A stretch of 62,946 bases of DNA, the filler included, from Hyphochytrium catenoides (Eukaryota; Protista; Hyphochytriomycota), in the NCBI GenBank assembly GCA_900088475.1. It is 12 parts of 12 records of this genome, joined end to end, with 100 filler letters (N's around TTAATTAATTAA, not from the genome) between each part and the next. Parts side by side here need not be neighbours in the genome. Positions count along the whole stretch, not along the records: positions 22,729 to 35,453 come from FLMG01000726.1; positions 35,554 to 41,885 come from FLMG01003928.1; 10 more parts are not named here. The stretch is one strand, 5' to 3'. Made by a program: the position numbers and the translations under genes. The notes beneath the pieces were generated by a model. That model did not search any database and was not told where the DNA came from. It saw nothing but the letters and a program-made list of their open reading frames with translations. Within the stretch, counting starts at the first letter, position 1; each line of letters starts with the position of its first letter. Below, piece by piece: positions 25,117 to 37,312 of the stretch.

Positions 25117-27215
25117 CTAAAGATCTCCTTCATAGAGCAGTTCCTCCTTGCTCTTCTCCCTATAAATTATATCGTGATCTACGTCAATCTCTCCCTCGTA
25201 TGCCTCCATCACGCTTCTGCCCATCGTCTTTGTCTGGCCATGCGGCGTCTGCATATCTTCAACAGTCAGAGGCGTGATAATCTCTTCATAGTCTTCAGAA
25301 GCTTCTAGCTCTCTCAAAAGCGACATCTCCTTTGCTCGGCGCCGTATGCGGACGAAGGTTAATACTGTGCATACCATGAGGACTGTGAAAGAGAGAGAGA
25401 AAGGGGAAGAGGTGGGGAGAGACTGTGTAAGCGTACTTTTCCCAACGTAGAGATTGGAGAATGAGAAAGAGTGCGGGTAAAAGAGAGAGAGAGAGAGAGG
25501 CAGCATCCAAAGAAAAGACATCGCACTATAAAAAAGGAAGACATAGCAAAGGAGAAGGATCTGCCTTTGTTCCTCTCTCCCTTTCCTCAGCTTGGTTCTT
25601 ACCAGCAGAACCGAAGACAATCGCCATTATGATGCCTCCGCTGAACTCGAAGGACGATCCATCAGTGCGATACTCTTTATAGTTAGGATCCCAGTCATCA
25701 GACAGAGCAGTTGTATCGTCCGCATAGTTCACGCAGCACTTCAGGTTCTGCATGAAGACATTGTTTGTACGGCCACACTTGCCTCCCACGGCAATGCAGG
25801 AGCCGGCCATCTCTTTGTAGGTCCAGGTCTTGTTCAACCACGAACGGGGCGAGAACTAATGATAGAAATGAGAAGGAGAGAGAGAGAGAGAGAGTAAGGA
25901 ACCTTACAAGGAACAAGAACGAAAGAAAGGAGCGTCCTGCATAATTGCACATGCAGAAAACAAACAGCGAGTAGCTAGAAGGCAGGCACGAGGGAAGAAG
26001 AAAAGAGATTCTCAAGAAAGGAAGAAGAGAAAAGAGAAGAGAGGGAAAGCAGATAGAATATCTTACCTGCGCGTCCGTGCTGTTCATAATGCATCCTACT
26101 AGGGCCATCGAGGTGCCAGTGGAGGCACCATAGCAACCCTTGTTGACCTGCACGGAGTATACCCCGTCTGGACCAGGCTTCTCTCCTTGCCCGACACTCG
26201 CTGGGTACCGAGACACCATCCAGAAGTTGAGGCAGTCCGTGGTAGCGAAGAGAACCGCAGCCTGAGGAGTAAGAGAGAGAGAGACAAGGGAGCGAAAGTG
26301 AACAAGGAAGAATGAGATACGCGAAGAATAGGTCAGGCTACAGAGCAGCAGGTCAGGAGAGACAGAAGTCGGAGAGAGACAGAGAGAGTGACAGAGAGAA
26401 AGAGCTCCCTACTAGGGGCCGACTCTTACCTTGGAGATCTTATCCGCCTTCTTGGACAGTTTATACTGAATGGTGGGACCATAGGCAAAGCCACAAGATT
26501 CTGCCTGGGGCGGATTCGCCTCGCTGGAGCACGTGGGCTGTCCGTCCGTGTAGAGCTTCTTCGGGTCTGCGAAGCAGCAGCCGTTGGCAACAGGAGTAGA
26601 GAAGAAAGCAGAGAGTCCAGGACCGCCATCCCCAGAACTAGGGGCAAGAGGAACGCCTCCTTCCTCTTCTGGAGCTTTGAAGGATGACTCTGTGGATGGA
26701 GCTTTAGTAGGCGTTGTTTCTGCGTCTTTCGCAGGTGCCTCTGTCTCTCCCTCTTTGGTTGGCGCCGTCGTCTCTCCTTCCTTGGCTGGAGCTGTCGTCG
26801 GCGCCGCAGCCTTGGCAGGCGCTGTCGTGGCCGCCTCTTTAGGCGCCGGAGCGGTAGGCTTAGCAGCAGGCGCCTCTGTGGCGGGAGCGGCTGTAGCTGC
26901 TGTTTCTTGCAATCTCCGCCTTCTTACAAGAGGCACTTCTTCCTCCTCAGGCTTCACTGTAAGCGCAATCCCTCCGCTTGCCCCTCCAGCAGCGGTTCCT
27001 CCTGCAAGATCTGTTGCCTTGGGAACGGAGCAAGTGTATGGGCATGTGGTGCACATGGCAGGGTTCTTCTTCGAGTCTGCCCATGTGAGCTTCACGCTGA
27101 CGCTGTATCCCAGCGTGTTCTTGTTGAAGATGGATTGTGCAGCGTTGGCGCAGTTCAGCTGCGCAGCAGCGCTGAGAGCTGCCGCCAGAGCGACAAGAGC
27201 CCTTGACAGCTTCAT
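25117..27215 (-). CDS. Type-I membrane protein: signal peptide, Cys-rich N-domain, Pro/Ala/Thr stalk, Cys-rich domain, TM helix, acidic cytoplasmic tail
   Basis: Four in-frame GT-AG exons 27215-26430, 26261-26067, 25855-25603 and 25382-25117. Signal MKLSRALVALAAALSAAA; TM GGIIMAIVFGSAVLMVCTVLTFV followed by stop-transfer RIRRR. Confidence 0.85.
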
Positions 27216-27837
27216 TGCTGTTGAATGAGAACTCAGAAAACACTAAGAGAGGAGAAGGGAGGAGGACGTACTATAAAAAGAGAGAGAGAAGGTGTGGTCC
27301 TGGTAGAAACCAGGAAGAGATCTCTGTGGCTTAAACTGCTCACGGCTAGATCATAGGAATAAAACACGGAGAAAAAGCGAAGGCAGGAAAGACTTTATAG
27401 AGATCGTGAGCTAATGTCGTGGCTGTGACATCTATGGCTGAGACGTTTAGAGACAGATTCTGAGCCTCTCCGAAAGCTTCAGAATTGGCTTGAGCCCTCG
27501 TAGCTTCTACGGCTGTCTGTAGGACTGAAGACTCTCTGAAGCTCTGAAGCCAACCCAGGACAGAGTTTTCAGACGACGGAAAAGTGATCTTCACAAGAAG
27601 GTAAGAGACGGCACGAACGAGAAAGTGAAGGCCATGCTACAGATGCAGAATGCAGAAAGAGCAGATGAGAGAGACGGAGAGAGAGAGGGAGAAGAGAGAG
27701 ATAGAAAGAGCAAGAGGCTCCAGCTGAAGAGAGACAGAAAGCTCAGAGGTCAACCAGAAACACAAGAAAGAGAGAGGAACGAGAGAGGAACGAGAGAGGG
27801 AGAGAGAAGGGGTAAAGAGAGAGAGTGAGAGAGAGAG

Positions 27838-27890
<53 letters not shown>

Positions 27891-29518
27891 AAGAGAGAGC
27901 ATCAGCGCCGCAGACCCGACGAAGACTGATCCTGCCTGTTCCTAGTGCTACCCTGTCTTCACTAACATTATCTATAGGCTCAGATAACCAAGTCTGTTTG
28001 TCATCCCCACCCCACCCACCAAGCTGCAGCAAGAAACTACCTTCTGACAGGGATACATCCCTCTCAGACCTACCCACCTCCTCTCCTCCAGGAGGATACC
28101 TGAGGAGCGGTGGGTGGGAGGTAGGTCTTTGTAGACAACTGAAGTTTCCCGAAAGAGTCTTGACCGTCCAAAATTTCCGAGTCATTCTACGCAATTCAGG
28201 TTTTCAAAAGTGTCTGTCTCTATCAGTTCATCAGATGTCTTTCTTTAACTCAGTTGCCTCTCTCACTAAAGTTGCATCCAATATTTCACAATGTGAAGTA
28301 TTCAGGAGCCTGGCTATTGGTTGAAATGCCCTTGCGAGAGGAAATATTTAGGTTGGTGATGTGTAAAAATGAGGTGACTCGTATTTGCCCGCTAAGGCTG
28401 GCTCTGCGGTCCTCTTCTCTTCTATCTCTCTTATGTCTCATCGTATACATCTAACCGTTCAATACAGGACTCTGTCTCGTGGAGACTCGGTTCTGGTTGC
28501 ACGGCAAGCCTCTCCCACTTCCTTGTGATGTGATGATGGTGTTTTGGTCTAAGTTTTGAGGCGTTCAATGGCTCAGGATTGGGTTGTGGCCTCTTTGACC
28601 AGGGTGGAAAGTGCCTGAGTATGAGGTTTAGGATCAAGAAATGTGATGTCTCGTCCTCGCCTCCATTGGCTGCAAAAATGGACTGTGTTCTTTGTGAGGA
28701 GCAAGAAGTGGCTAAGATACTGGCAAAAAGCTTCAGGCTGCCCACTCAGGGTTCGAAAGAGAGCGAATGGTCACTACTGTGAGTCGACCTCCTCAATATC
28801 TAGTGCCATCAACAGACCTATCTAGCACAATACTCTGTATCACCGTTAAAAGCGCTTTATACATAAGTAATATACATCTTGTTCTTCTCTCGCTCTGCCG
28901 GTTCTAGTCCCTCTGTCTTCCTAGAATAACGCAAGAGTGCCAGTTTTTCCACTTTTTGAAGGGAGGAAAGCCCCACCCGGCCCCCCTCAGATACAGTTAT
29001 CAGACAGAACCCAGAAGGGGTACCTTCCCTCTCCCCATCAGGACGTCCCCTACCCTTGAACCTACTAGCGATAATACCGTCATTATCGTTATGCTGGTAA
29101 CCCCGCCTCCCTATGGTCCTAGCTTGCAGTTACCCCATGTTGTGACAGAGGGCAGTCAAGAAGAGAGACAGCTCCTGCCTTTTGCGGTGCAAAAAATCTG
29201 TGCGTCTTATGGAGGAAACAGAACAGAGCGCTTCTCTCTGTGTCTCCGCCCCACTCTCATATCTCTTCATTACTCTGGCTTGATATGCGCTAGGATTATA
29301 ACAAATAAGGTGAAAGCTGTAGTATCTCTGTCTAGGGCTTGTGTCACTCTGTCTGGACGGGCAGGAGGATGGGTATGACCGGGAAGGGAAGAGTGGCAGG
29401 CGCAGAATGGATCAGGAGAGAGAGATCCAGAAAGAGAGAGAATGACCCTTTTTAACCAGAGACGGANNNNNNNNNNNNNNNNNNNNNNNNNNNNNNNNNN
29501 NNNNNNNNNNNNNNNNNN

Positions 29519-29565
<47 letters not shown>

Positions 29566-30205
29566 CTTGTGAAAAAGCACCAGTCCATCAGACAGCTAGA
29601 TGAATAGGCCAGCGGGAAGAGAGGAGGCAGCTGGAAGTGAAAGAAAGGGGGAGAAGGAGAGGTAGAGCAACAAGGTTGACCTGGCGTCACCTTCACTGCT
29701 CAGCAGCAGGAGAGAGAAGTGAAAGGAGAGAAGCTGCAGACAAAATCTTCACGAGGCTACCAGTGCCTTGTCAATCACGATATTCACAGCTTCTCCTTCT
29801 CGATAATTGCCCTTTGTCTGGGTTCTCTCTTCCAGTTTCTGGGCTCTCATTCTTTGAAGGAGAGAGAAAAAGACAGAAAGAGTGACTCTTATCAAAGCCT
29901 GATACTCAGTGGCATGGGCTGGGTCTTCTTTGGGGACGAGGATTAAAGGTCAGTGCGTCTAAAGAGGCTCAAATAGTGGACACCGAAGGAAGAGAGAGAA
30001 TGAGAGAGAAAGAGAGAGAGAAAAGTAGACCCAAGCAGAGACAAAGAGTGAGCGGTCAAGGAGACCGTGCTTCTAACTTAGAGCCTTCTCTCTCGCAGGA
30101 TTCAGTGAGTTTCCCGCACTATCTTTATATTGATAAAGACAGGAACCTCAAAGGGGACGTTAGCTCGTTCTCCTTCTCTCTCGCTCCTTGTTTCTCCTTT
30201 GAAGG

Positions 30206-30353
30206 ATGTCGCCAACGGTGGTGGGCTCCGTCATTGGAGCGCTGGAGATCGTGGGTGGCGCCGCCGCGGCACTGATCGGCTGGTCCGCGCTGTCTATCAA
30301 TAGGACAGGGCTATGGCACATGTGCATCACCATAGAAGTGCTTGCCATGTAGG

Positions 30354-30396
<43 letters not shown>

Positions 30397-33300
30397 AGAT
30401 TCTCGTGTCGTTCTCTCTTCCAAATGTTTGCTCTCCTTGGCTGGTGTCCAGGGTCTGGAGCGTTTGGTTTGACTAACAATTCCTGTTTCCTTTTCTTTCT
30501 CTCTCTCTCTCTCTCTCTCTCGCTTGTATTTGCTTGCAACAGTGTAATGTGCATTGCATTCGCTGCTATTGAGACCTTCGTCTCCGGTGTCGGAGAGTAC
30601 ATTGCTATGGGAATAGCGATCGGTGCAGGAGCAGGCGCAGCTCTCATGGGGCAGTGCATCTCTTCCTTATCCAACGCCATTCTGACGGCTTCTTTCTTTG
30701 GCATCGTCTCCTGTTTCATCCTGCTGGTCGACTCTTATGCTGCAGAGTGTAAGTACCTATGTCTCTCTCCGTTCTTGGTGTCGAGCTTTATGGTCAGCAG
30801 ACTTTAAATCCTGCGTCCTGATCAACAGCGCATGCCGCTCTCAACCTGCTTTGAGCTCTCTCTCTCTCTTTCTCTCTATTGACCCATAAAATATCCATCT
30901 TTCCTCGCGAGCACCAAGAAAGTTCTAACTCGAAATACTTCTCTTCGTCTTCCCCAGTGTACGTTGGAGACACGCTGGCATCGGTGAACCTCGTGGTCGC
31001 CTTGACTGTGATCTTCACGATTCTTCTCTCGTCGTCTTCCAAGAACAGCGAGATTGAGAGCCATAGGCTCAAGTACGCGGCCTTCTCCGCCGTTGTAGGA
31101 GGCTTCTTTGTGGCTGATGGACTTCTCTCTATCCTCTCTCTCAAGACTGTTGCTGGTACGGGAGAGAAGGTGACCCTCTCTTCAGGAGCACAGGGCAGAG
31201 TTGTGGTGCGCAATGCATCCTTCTTGATGCTCATCATTGACAGAGGAGGAAGTGTAGCTATGGACGTGCTTACGGCCGACTCTCTGACTCTTCTTCTGGC
31301 TGCTGCTGTCTGGGGCGCCTTTGGACTATTTGGCTTTGTGAACCAGCTGTCGATGCGCTGGGGCCTTTGCTTCTATAACCGCGTTGACTTCAGAAAGAGA
31401 CTCGAGGACAACGAGCAGATAATCACTCTTAAGCCGTAAGAGTTTCTCCTCTCTCTCTCTCTCTCTCTCTTCTCGCTGATGTTGATGCTTTTTAAAGTCC
31501 CTTTTGCGATCCATCTCACTCCGGTCTTCTCTCCTGTTTGCTCGGTTGAAATCTTATCATTGTCCCGTTGTTCCCACAGAGGCGACACCCTTGCTGCTCA
31601 GCACGATTCCATGGTGGTCAAGAGAGACATTGTCTGCTCCAACTGCTTTGCTCCCAACCCGCCTGACATCTCTTACTGCACGGAATGCGGAGAACCTCTC
31701 TCTCAAGAGGAGGAAGAGGAAGGAGAGAACGTCTCTATGAGCATGAACCAGATGCCTCATGTTTCTATGAACGACTCCAAGGTGCCAGACAGGTGGACGC
31801 CTGCGCCTTCCCGCCCCCAGTTTGCTACAGCTTCTATCGTCAGGTAAGCACGAGAGAGAGAGAGAGGGACCCCTATACTGGCACTTCCTATGCGATATAA
31901 ATCGGTCGTACATCCTCTTACTTTCTGCTTCATAATGTTCGCTGTCGTCCCTCTCGCTCCGTAGCCTTTCCTGTGATTGAGTTGTGTCTAACTATCTTCT
32001 CCCTCTTTCTCACCCAGTGGTCGTCCAGAAAACAACTCTATCCTCCGCTCTGCCGACATGTCCATGGCACAGCCTTCTTCTTTTATGGCTGGCGTCTCAA
32101 TGGGGCGCTCCGTGCGCTTTGGAGACGCAAAGGACGAGAAGGGCAACATGTACGGCAAGGACAGCATGAGCATGATGGGGCACAATCCTACCAAGATCGG
32201 ACAGTCTTTCATGAGCTTTGGCGGCGCAACCTTTGTGGGCGGCCGTGCGGCCGAACCTGTGCGCACCCCCAACGTCCGCAAATATTACATGTCCGGAACC
32301 GGTGTCTTTAGAATACTCTACCTTATCTCTGTCTTGGTGGGCTTGGTGTGGATTGGTGCGCTCTTCTTCTTCTACCCTCAAGAGCATGCGTGCGATCTGA
32401 GGCAACCTCGTGCAAGCTGTGCCGCCTTAGACCCGAACATGGTCAAGGCACGCGGCTGTTTCCCCTCAACAAGGAGCATCAATCCCTTCAGCAATGACTT
32501 CACGTGCATTAGGAACTCACCGTGGCTGCAGTGGGTCACGTATGCGATGTTTGTCTTCTCCGAAGTGATGAACTTCTTCCTGGGCATGATATTCAACTTT
32601 TCTATGTGGAAGCCAGTACGAAGAGGCGCGAGATATCTGAATGACTTCTCTCCTGCTCTGCCCAAGGAGCTCTGGCCAACAGTGGATGTCTTCCTTTGCC
32701 ATTACATGGAACCAGTAGAGGATACTCTCAAGACACTGAAAGCTTGCTTGGCTATGCAGTACCCACCGGAGCTGCTGCGCATCTGGATCTTGGACGATGG
32801 ATATTGCAAGAGCACCTGGGATGCTAACAACCATTTCAAGGTAAGGCTTACGATGGGAAGTAAGCGATTCTTCCACGTGCTGTCTCTCCATCGTGACCGT
32901 CTCTGAGTAATTTCCTCCTCTCTCTATATATATATGTTTAATTTGCAAGCTGTTCGGCCTTATGTGTCTCGTCGTAGAGCTTTGTCTCGCTACGAAGTCT
33001 CCTCTTTACTTAAGTGTCTCTCTCCTCTCGGTCCACATAGGTGACAGTCAACATGGGTGTTATCAAGCATGCTGGAGACTGTAGAGCGGAGATTGCTACC
33101 TTGATGCATGAGAAGGTTGTGGGCAGAGTAGAAGATGATGCACAGCTAAAGAGCTGGAGGCGCCAGCACACATTCGGTACGGCTCTACCCTTTGTGTCTT
33201 TCTCTTCTCTAAAGCCTCTTTTAGCCNNNNNNNNNNNNNNNNNNNNNNNNNNNNNNNNNNNNNNNNNNNNNNNNNNNNNNNNNNNNNNNNNNNNNNNAAC

Positions 33301-34760
33301 TGAAGAAAGACGGCGTTCGCGGTGTAGCTCGACGTGACTGTGCAGTGGGCTCCATCTCCGACGACTATGACTACAGAGACAGAGGCATTCCTCGCGTTAC
33401 TTACGTTGGGCGTATGAAGCCAGAGGTGCACCATTCTAAGGCCGGGAACATCAACAATGCACTGTTCAACGAAGGCGCCGAGGGCAAGTACGTGATGATC
33501 CTGGACAATGACATGAAGCCACATCCGAAGTTCCTCCTTGCTGTCCTTCCATTCTTCTTCTCTGAGGGAGAGGATATGAACGGTGTAAGGCAGTACAGCG
33601 ACGATATCTCTTGGAACCAGGTAGCTTATGTCCAGACTCCTCAGTACTTTGAAGAGACGCCTCAGCTGGTAGAGATGGGAGATCCCTGTGGCCATAGGAA
33701 CACTATCTTCTTCGATGCTGTGCAGTGTGGCAGAGACGGGTACGATTCTGCAGCTTTTGCAGGGACAAACGCTATCTTTAGACGCCAGGCCCTGGACTCT
33801 ATCGGTGGTATCCAGTACGGGACGCAGACAGAGGACGCGTGGACAGGAAATGTTCTTCACGAGATTGGCTGGGACTCTCTCTACTTCAGAAAGGACTTTG
33901 AAGGCGAGGCAAAAGACAGAATCAGGCTCGCTGTTGGCGCAGTGCCAGAAACTGTGGCGTCTGCGATGGGACAGAGGAAGCGATGGGCTAAGGGTGCAGT
34001 GCAGATTCTCCTTATGGACAAGCATAAGAGCGAGGTGGACCCAGACTGGGATCCTCCTCGCGTTCCTGCCCCTGATCCTAAGCCTGGTCTACGTATTCCT
34101 CGTACGATCTTCTTCCTGGACTCCGTTCTCTACCCGTTTGGCTCCATTGCGGCTGTCTTCTATATGTTTATCGCTATCTACTACTTAGCGACCGGCATCC
34201 CGCCCATCTACACTGTCGAGAACTCTCTTCTCTATACTTTCCTGCCCTATATGACCATCAAATGGCTGCTGAATCTGCTGGCCAACCGAGCTGTGGACAA
34301 CAATGACGTCTGGAGAGCTCAACAGACCTGGTTCTCCTACGCCTTCATCACTCTTCTGGCCATTTATGAGGCCTTCCACGCCCGTGTGACTGGCAAGGAG
34401 AAGAGCTGGGCTAACACGGGCGCAGGACAGAAGACAAGCGTGATGGAAATTCCCAATGTTATCGTCTTCATCACGCTCTGCGTCTCTATGATCGTCGGTA
34501 TGTCGCGCTTCTTTGAGTATGAGAATGTGACGGCGCCATGGAACTTTGTCGCTGCAGCTTTCTTCGGCGGCTTTATCCTTCTGCAGCTGTGGCCCATGGT
34601 CCGTATGAGCATCAGAGAGTACGCGGGTTGGGATCAGACCACCTCCACCTTCTCCGCGTCTGTCGTGGGCACAGGCGTGCTGATAGCAGTCGTAACGCTG
34701 GTGCAGGTCTGGGAGACGACCTACGCGGAGAACATGATGAATGCGGGAGGCTCTATCTAA
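30206..34760 (+). CDS. CesA3: Cellulose synthase 3 (oomycete-type, GT2)
   Basis: Exons 30206-30348, 30543-30748, 30958-31435, 31580-31843, 32018-32840, 33041-33176 and ~33298-34760. The first five junctions splice in frame; the last acceptor is in an N gap. N-terminal TM region with SSSSKNSEIESHRLKY, zinc ribbon CSNC..CTECG, DVFLCHYMEP, LDDG, HSKAGNIN, LDNDM, QTPQ, TED and QRKRW, collinear with Phytophthora CesA3. Confidence 0.96.
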
Positions 34761-35161
34761 GAGAAAGAGAAGAGAGAGAGAGAGAGATCGTTTTTTCTCT
34801 TTTTTGCTTTCTTTTTTTAGGTTTGAACGGGGTGCGTAAGAGAAGGTAGAAATGTCCAATGGAGCTCTGGAGTCGTCACATGTCAATCTTCTTTTTGGCT
34901 TTTTCCTTTTTATTAACTATTAAACACAGAGGTTAGATCAGTATGACAGAGTCTTCCTTCTCTCTCTCTCTCTCTCTCCCTCTCTCTTTCTCTCTCTCTC
35001 TTTCACTTCTTTCTCTTTGTTAACCAAATCATGGTCCTTCCCTGAAGAGAGAGATGGGCTATGCTTTATGTGGTGCTACTAGGGAGAACGGGCCTTAAAA
35101 GCTTGGATTTGCCCCTCGAAGTAGGCTTCAAGCTTCGGTCTCAGCGTCTCTGCAAGCTAAG

Positions 35162-35368
35162 AGAGAGAGCATGGAATAGAGAAGAGAGAGAGCATTGAAT
35201 GGCGAAGAGGGAGAGCATTGAATGGAAAAGACAGAGAGCATTGAATGGAGAAGAGAGAGAGCATTGAATGGAAAAGACAGAGAGCATTGAATGGAGAAGA
35301 GAGAGAGCATTGAATGGCGAAGAGGGAGAGCATTGAATGGAGAAGAGAGAGAGCATCGAATGGAGAAA
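35162..35368 (+). repeat. 22-24-bp minisatellite (GAGAGCATTGAATGGAGAAGA-type) x~8
   Basis: Tandem copies of GAGCATTGAATGG with variable purine spacers. Confidence 0.9.
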
Positions 35369-35553
35369 GAAGAGAAATCACCAAGCTGGTTAGGAGCAGG
35401 ACTTCTTGAAATGGGCAAAAGAGAGAGAGAGACAGTAATAGAGGACCAACGGGNNNNNNNNNNNNNNNNNNNNNNNNNNNNNNNNNNNNNNNNNNNNTTA
35501 ATTAATTAANNNNNNNNNNNNNNNNNNNNNNNNNNNNNNNNNNNNNNNNNNNN

Positions 35554-35586
<33 letters not shown>

Positions 35587-35908
35587 ACGATAGCCGAGAG
35601 AGGGAAGCTTGTATGTTGAAGCTCTCCAAAAGCACAGTTGGCCCTTGTTTAACCTGTTCAACCCGATTTTAGAAGCTGTCCATCCGGAATTGTCCGAATA
35701 ATGACTCTTACCATGCCCCACCAAAATACTCCAGTATACGATTTTGGCCGTTTTTTCAAAACAAAAGTAAGCTTCGGCAAAGTCAATCAGCCGGATATCC
35801 TAGAACTGAAGATTGCAGAGAGAAATGCTTACGAGCAAAAAGAAGTTTACACGGAGAGAGAGAGAGAAAAGAGAAAAGAGAAAAGAGAAAAAGAGAGAAA
35901 AAGAGAGA

Positions 35909-35971
<63 letters not shown>

Positions 35972-36127
35972 ACGAACGAGAGAGACCACGAAAGAGAGAA
36001 AGAAGAAAAGACGCCAAAAAGAGACTCATCTCATCACCGAGCTAAGAAGATAGACGTTTAGAACTGTCAATCCTTCCTCTTCATTCTTCAGGGAAGTGCT
36101 CGGACAGCTAGCGGTTGATTGGGGAAG

Positions 36128-36932
36128 ATGAAGCGCTTGATCTGGGTCTGTTTCCTTTCCTTCCTCGGCCTCCTGCTCAGCGGTGAGGATCTCTGTGCGA
36201 GTGTCGGAGCAGACGAACAGCTCGAAAGGTGATTGCTGCTTGCTTCTCTCTCTTCTTTCCTTCTCTCTTCTCGCTTTCCTCTACCGGTATCTATTGCTTT
36301 GGGGTGGACGCCAATCGCCTTTCTCTTGAGCCCCTCTTGGCTTCTTTCTTTCTCTTTGTTGTCCGTCTCTTCAATACGGTCTCGTCTCTCTCTTCCTCTT
36401 TCTTTTTGTCGGTTCCACTTGGGCCGTTTATTTTCTCTCTCTCTGTCTCTCTCTCTCTGTTTCTCTCTCTCTTTCTCTCTTTCTCTTTCTCTCTCTCTCT
36501 TTCACCCTCTCTCTCACTGTCTCTCTCTCACTCTCTCAGTCTGTCCGTGCCTCTCTCTCTCACTTTCCGTCCCTCTCTCTGTCGATCGGTCGGTCTCTCT
36601 CTGATGTGCCTCTCTCTCTCTCCTCTCTTCCAAAAGGACTAACACCATCTCTCCTCTTTCTTCCTTTCTAACAGAGCCGCGCAGCCTTTCTTCTCCTTCA
36701 CTCTCCGCGATGCCAGGCAGCAACCTGTCTCTCTCTCTCGCTTCGCTTCCTCTCCCATCATTTTCCTCTTCAACTCTGCCAGTCACTGTGGCTTCACAGG
36801 GCAATATGCTGGCCTTCAACGTCTCTATGAGAGATACAGAGAGAGAGGCGTCATGGTGCTTGCTTTCCCTTGCAATCAGTTCGGCGCCCAGGAGCCAGGC
36901 GNNNNNNNNNNNNNNNNNNNNNNNNNNNNNNN

Positions 36933-36974
<42 letters not shown>

Positions 36975-37276
36975 GCACTCTCTCTCTCTTTCTCTCTCTC
37001 TCACGCCCTATACAGTGGTCCCTGTTTATGTCTTTGCCTTTAGTTTTTTCATGCAAGCTGTCCCTCCTTCTTGGCTCTATATCTTTCTTTTCTTAGGCTC
37101 TATTGCCACTTAACTCTTTGCCTCTCTCATTCTCTTCCTATCCCTTTCTCTCCCCCGGACCTCCTCCACTTCAGATTGTTCCTCGGTTTTCAATCTCGCC
37201 TCTCACATGATATGTTTTTCTCTATAGAGTTCTCGCTCTTAACTCCGCCTCGTTCTTTCTTATATTTATAGATATA

Positions 37277-37312
<36 letters not shown>

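Noticed and set aside
27346-28745. Minus-strand gene between the mucin-like gene and CesA3
   Set aside because: Exon-like pieces exist but I could not build a stop-free model or assign a domain.
33096-34886. Long antisense ORFs over CesA3 (also 26584-27228 and 38554-39084)
   Set aside because: Shadows of codon-biased real genes on the opposite strand.
36781-36795. Selenocysteine GPx
   Set aside because: Active-site codon is TGT (Cys), not TGA.
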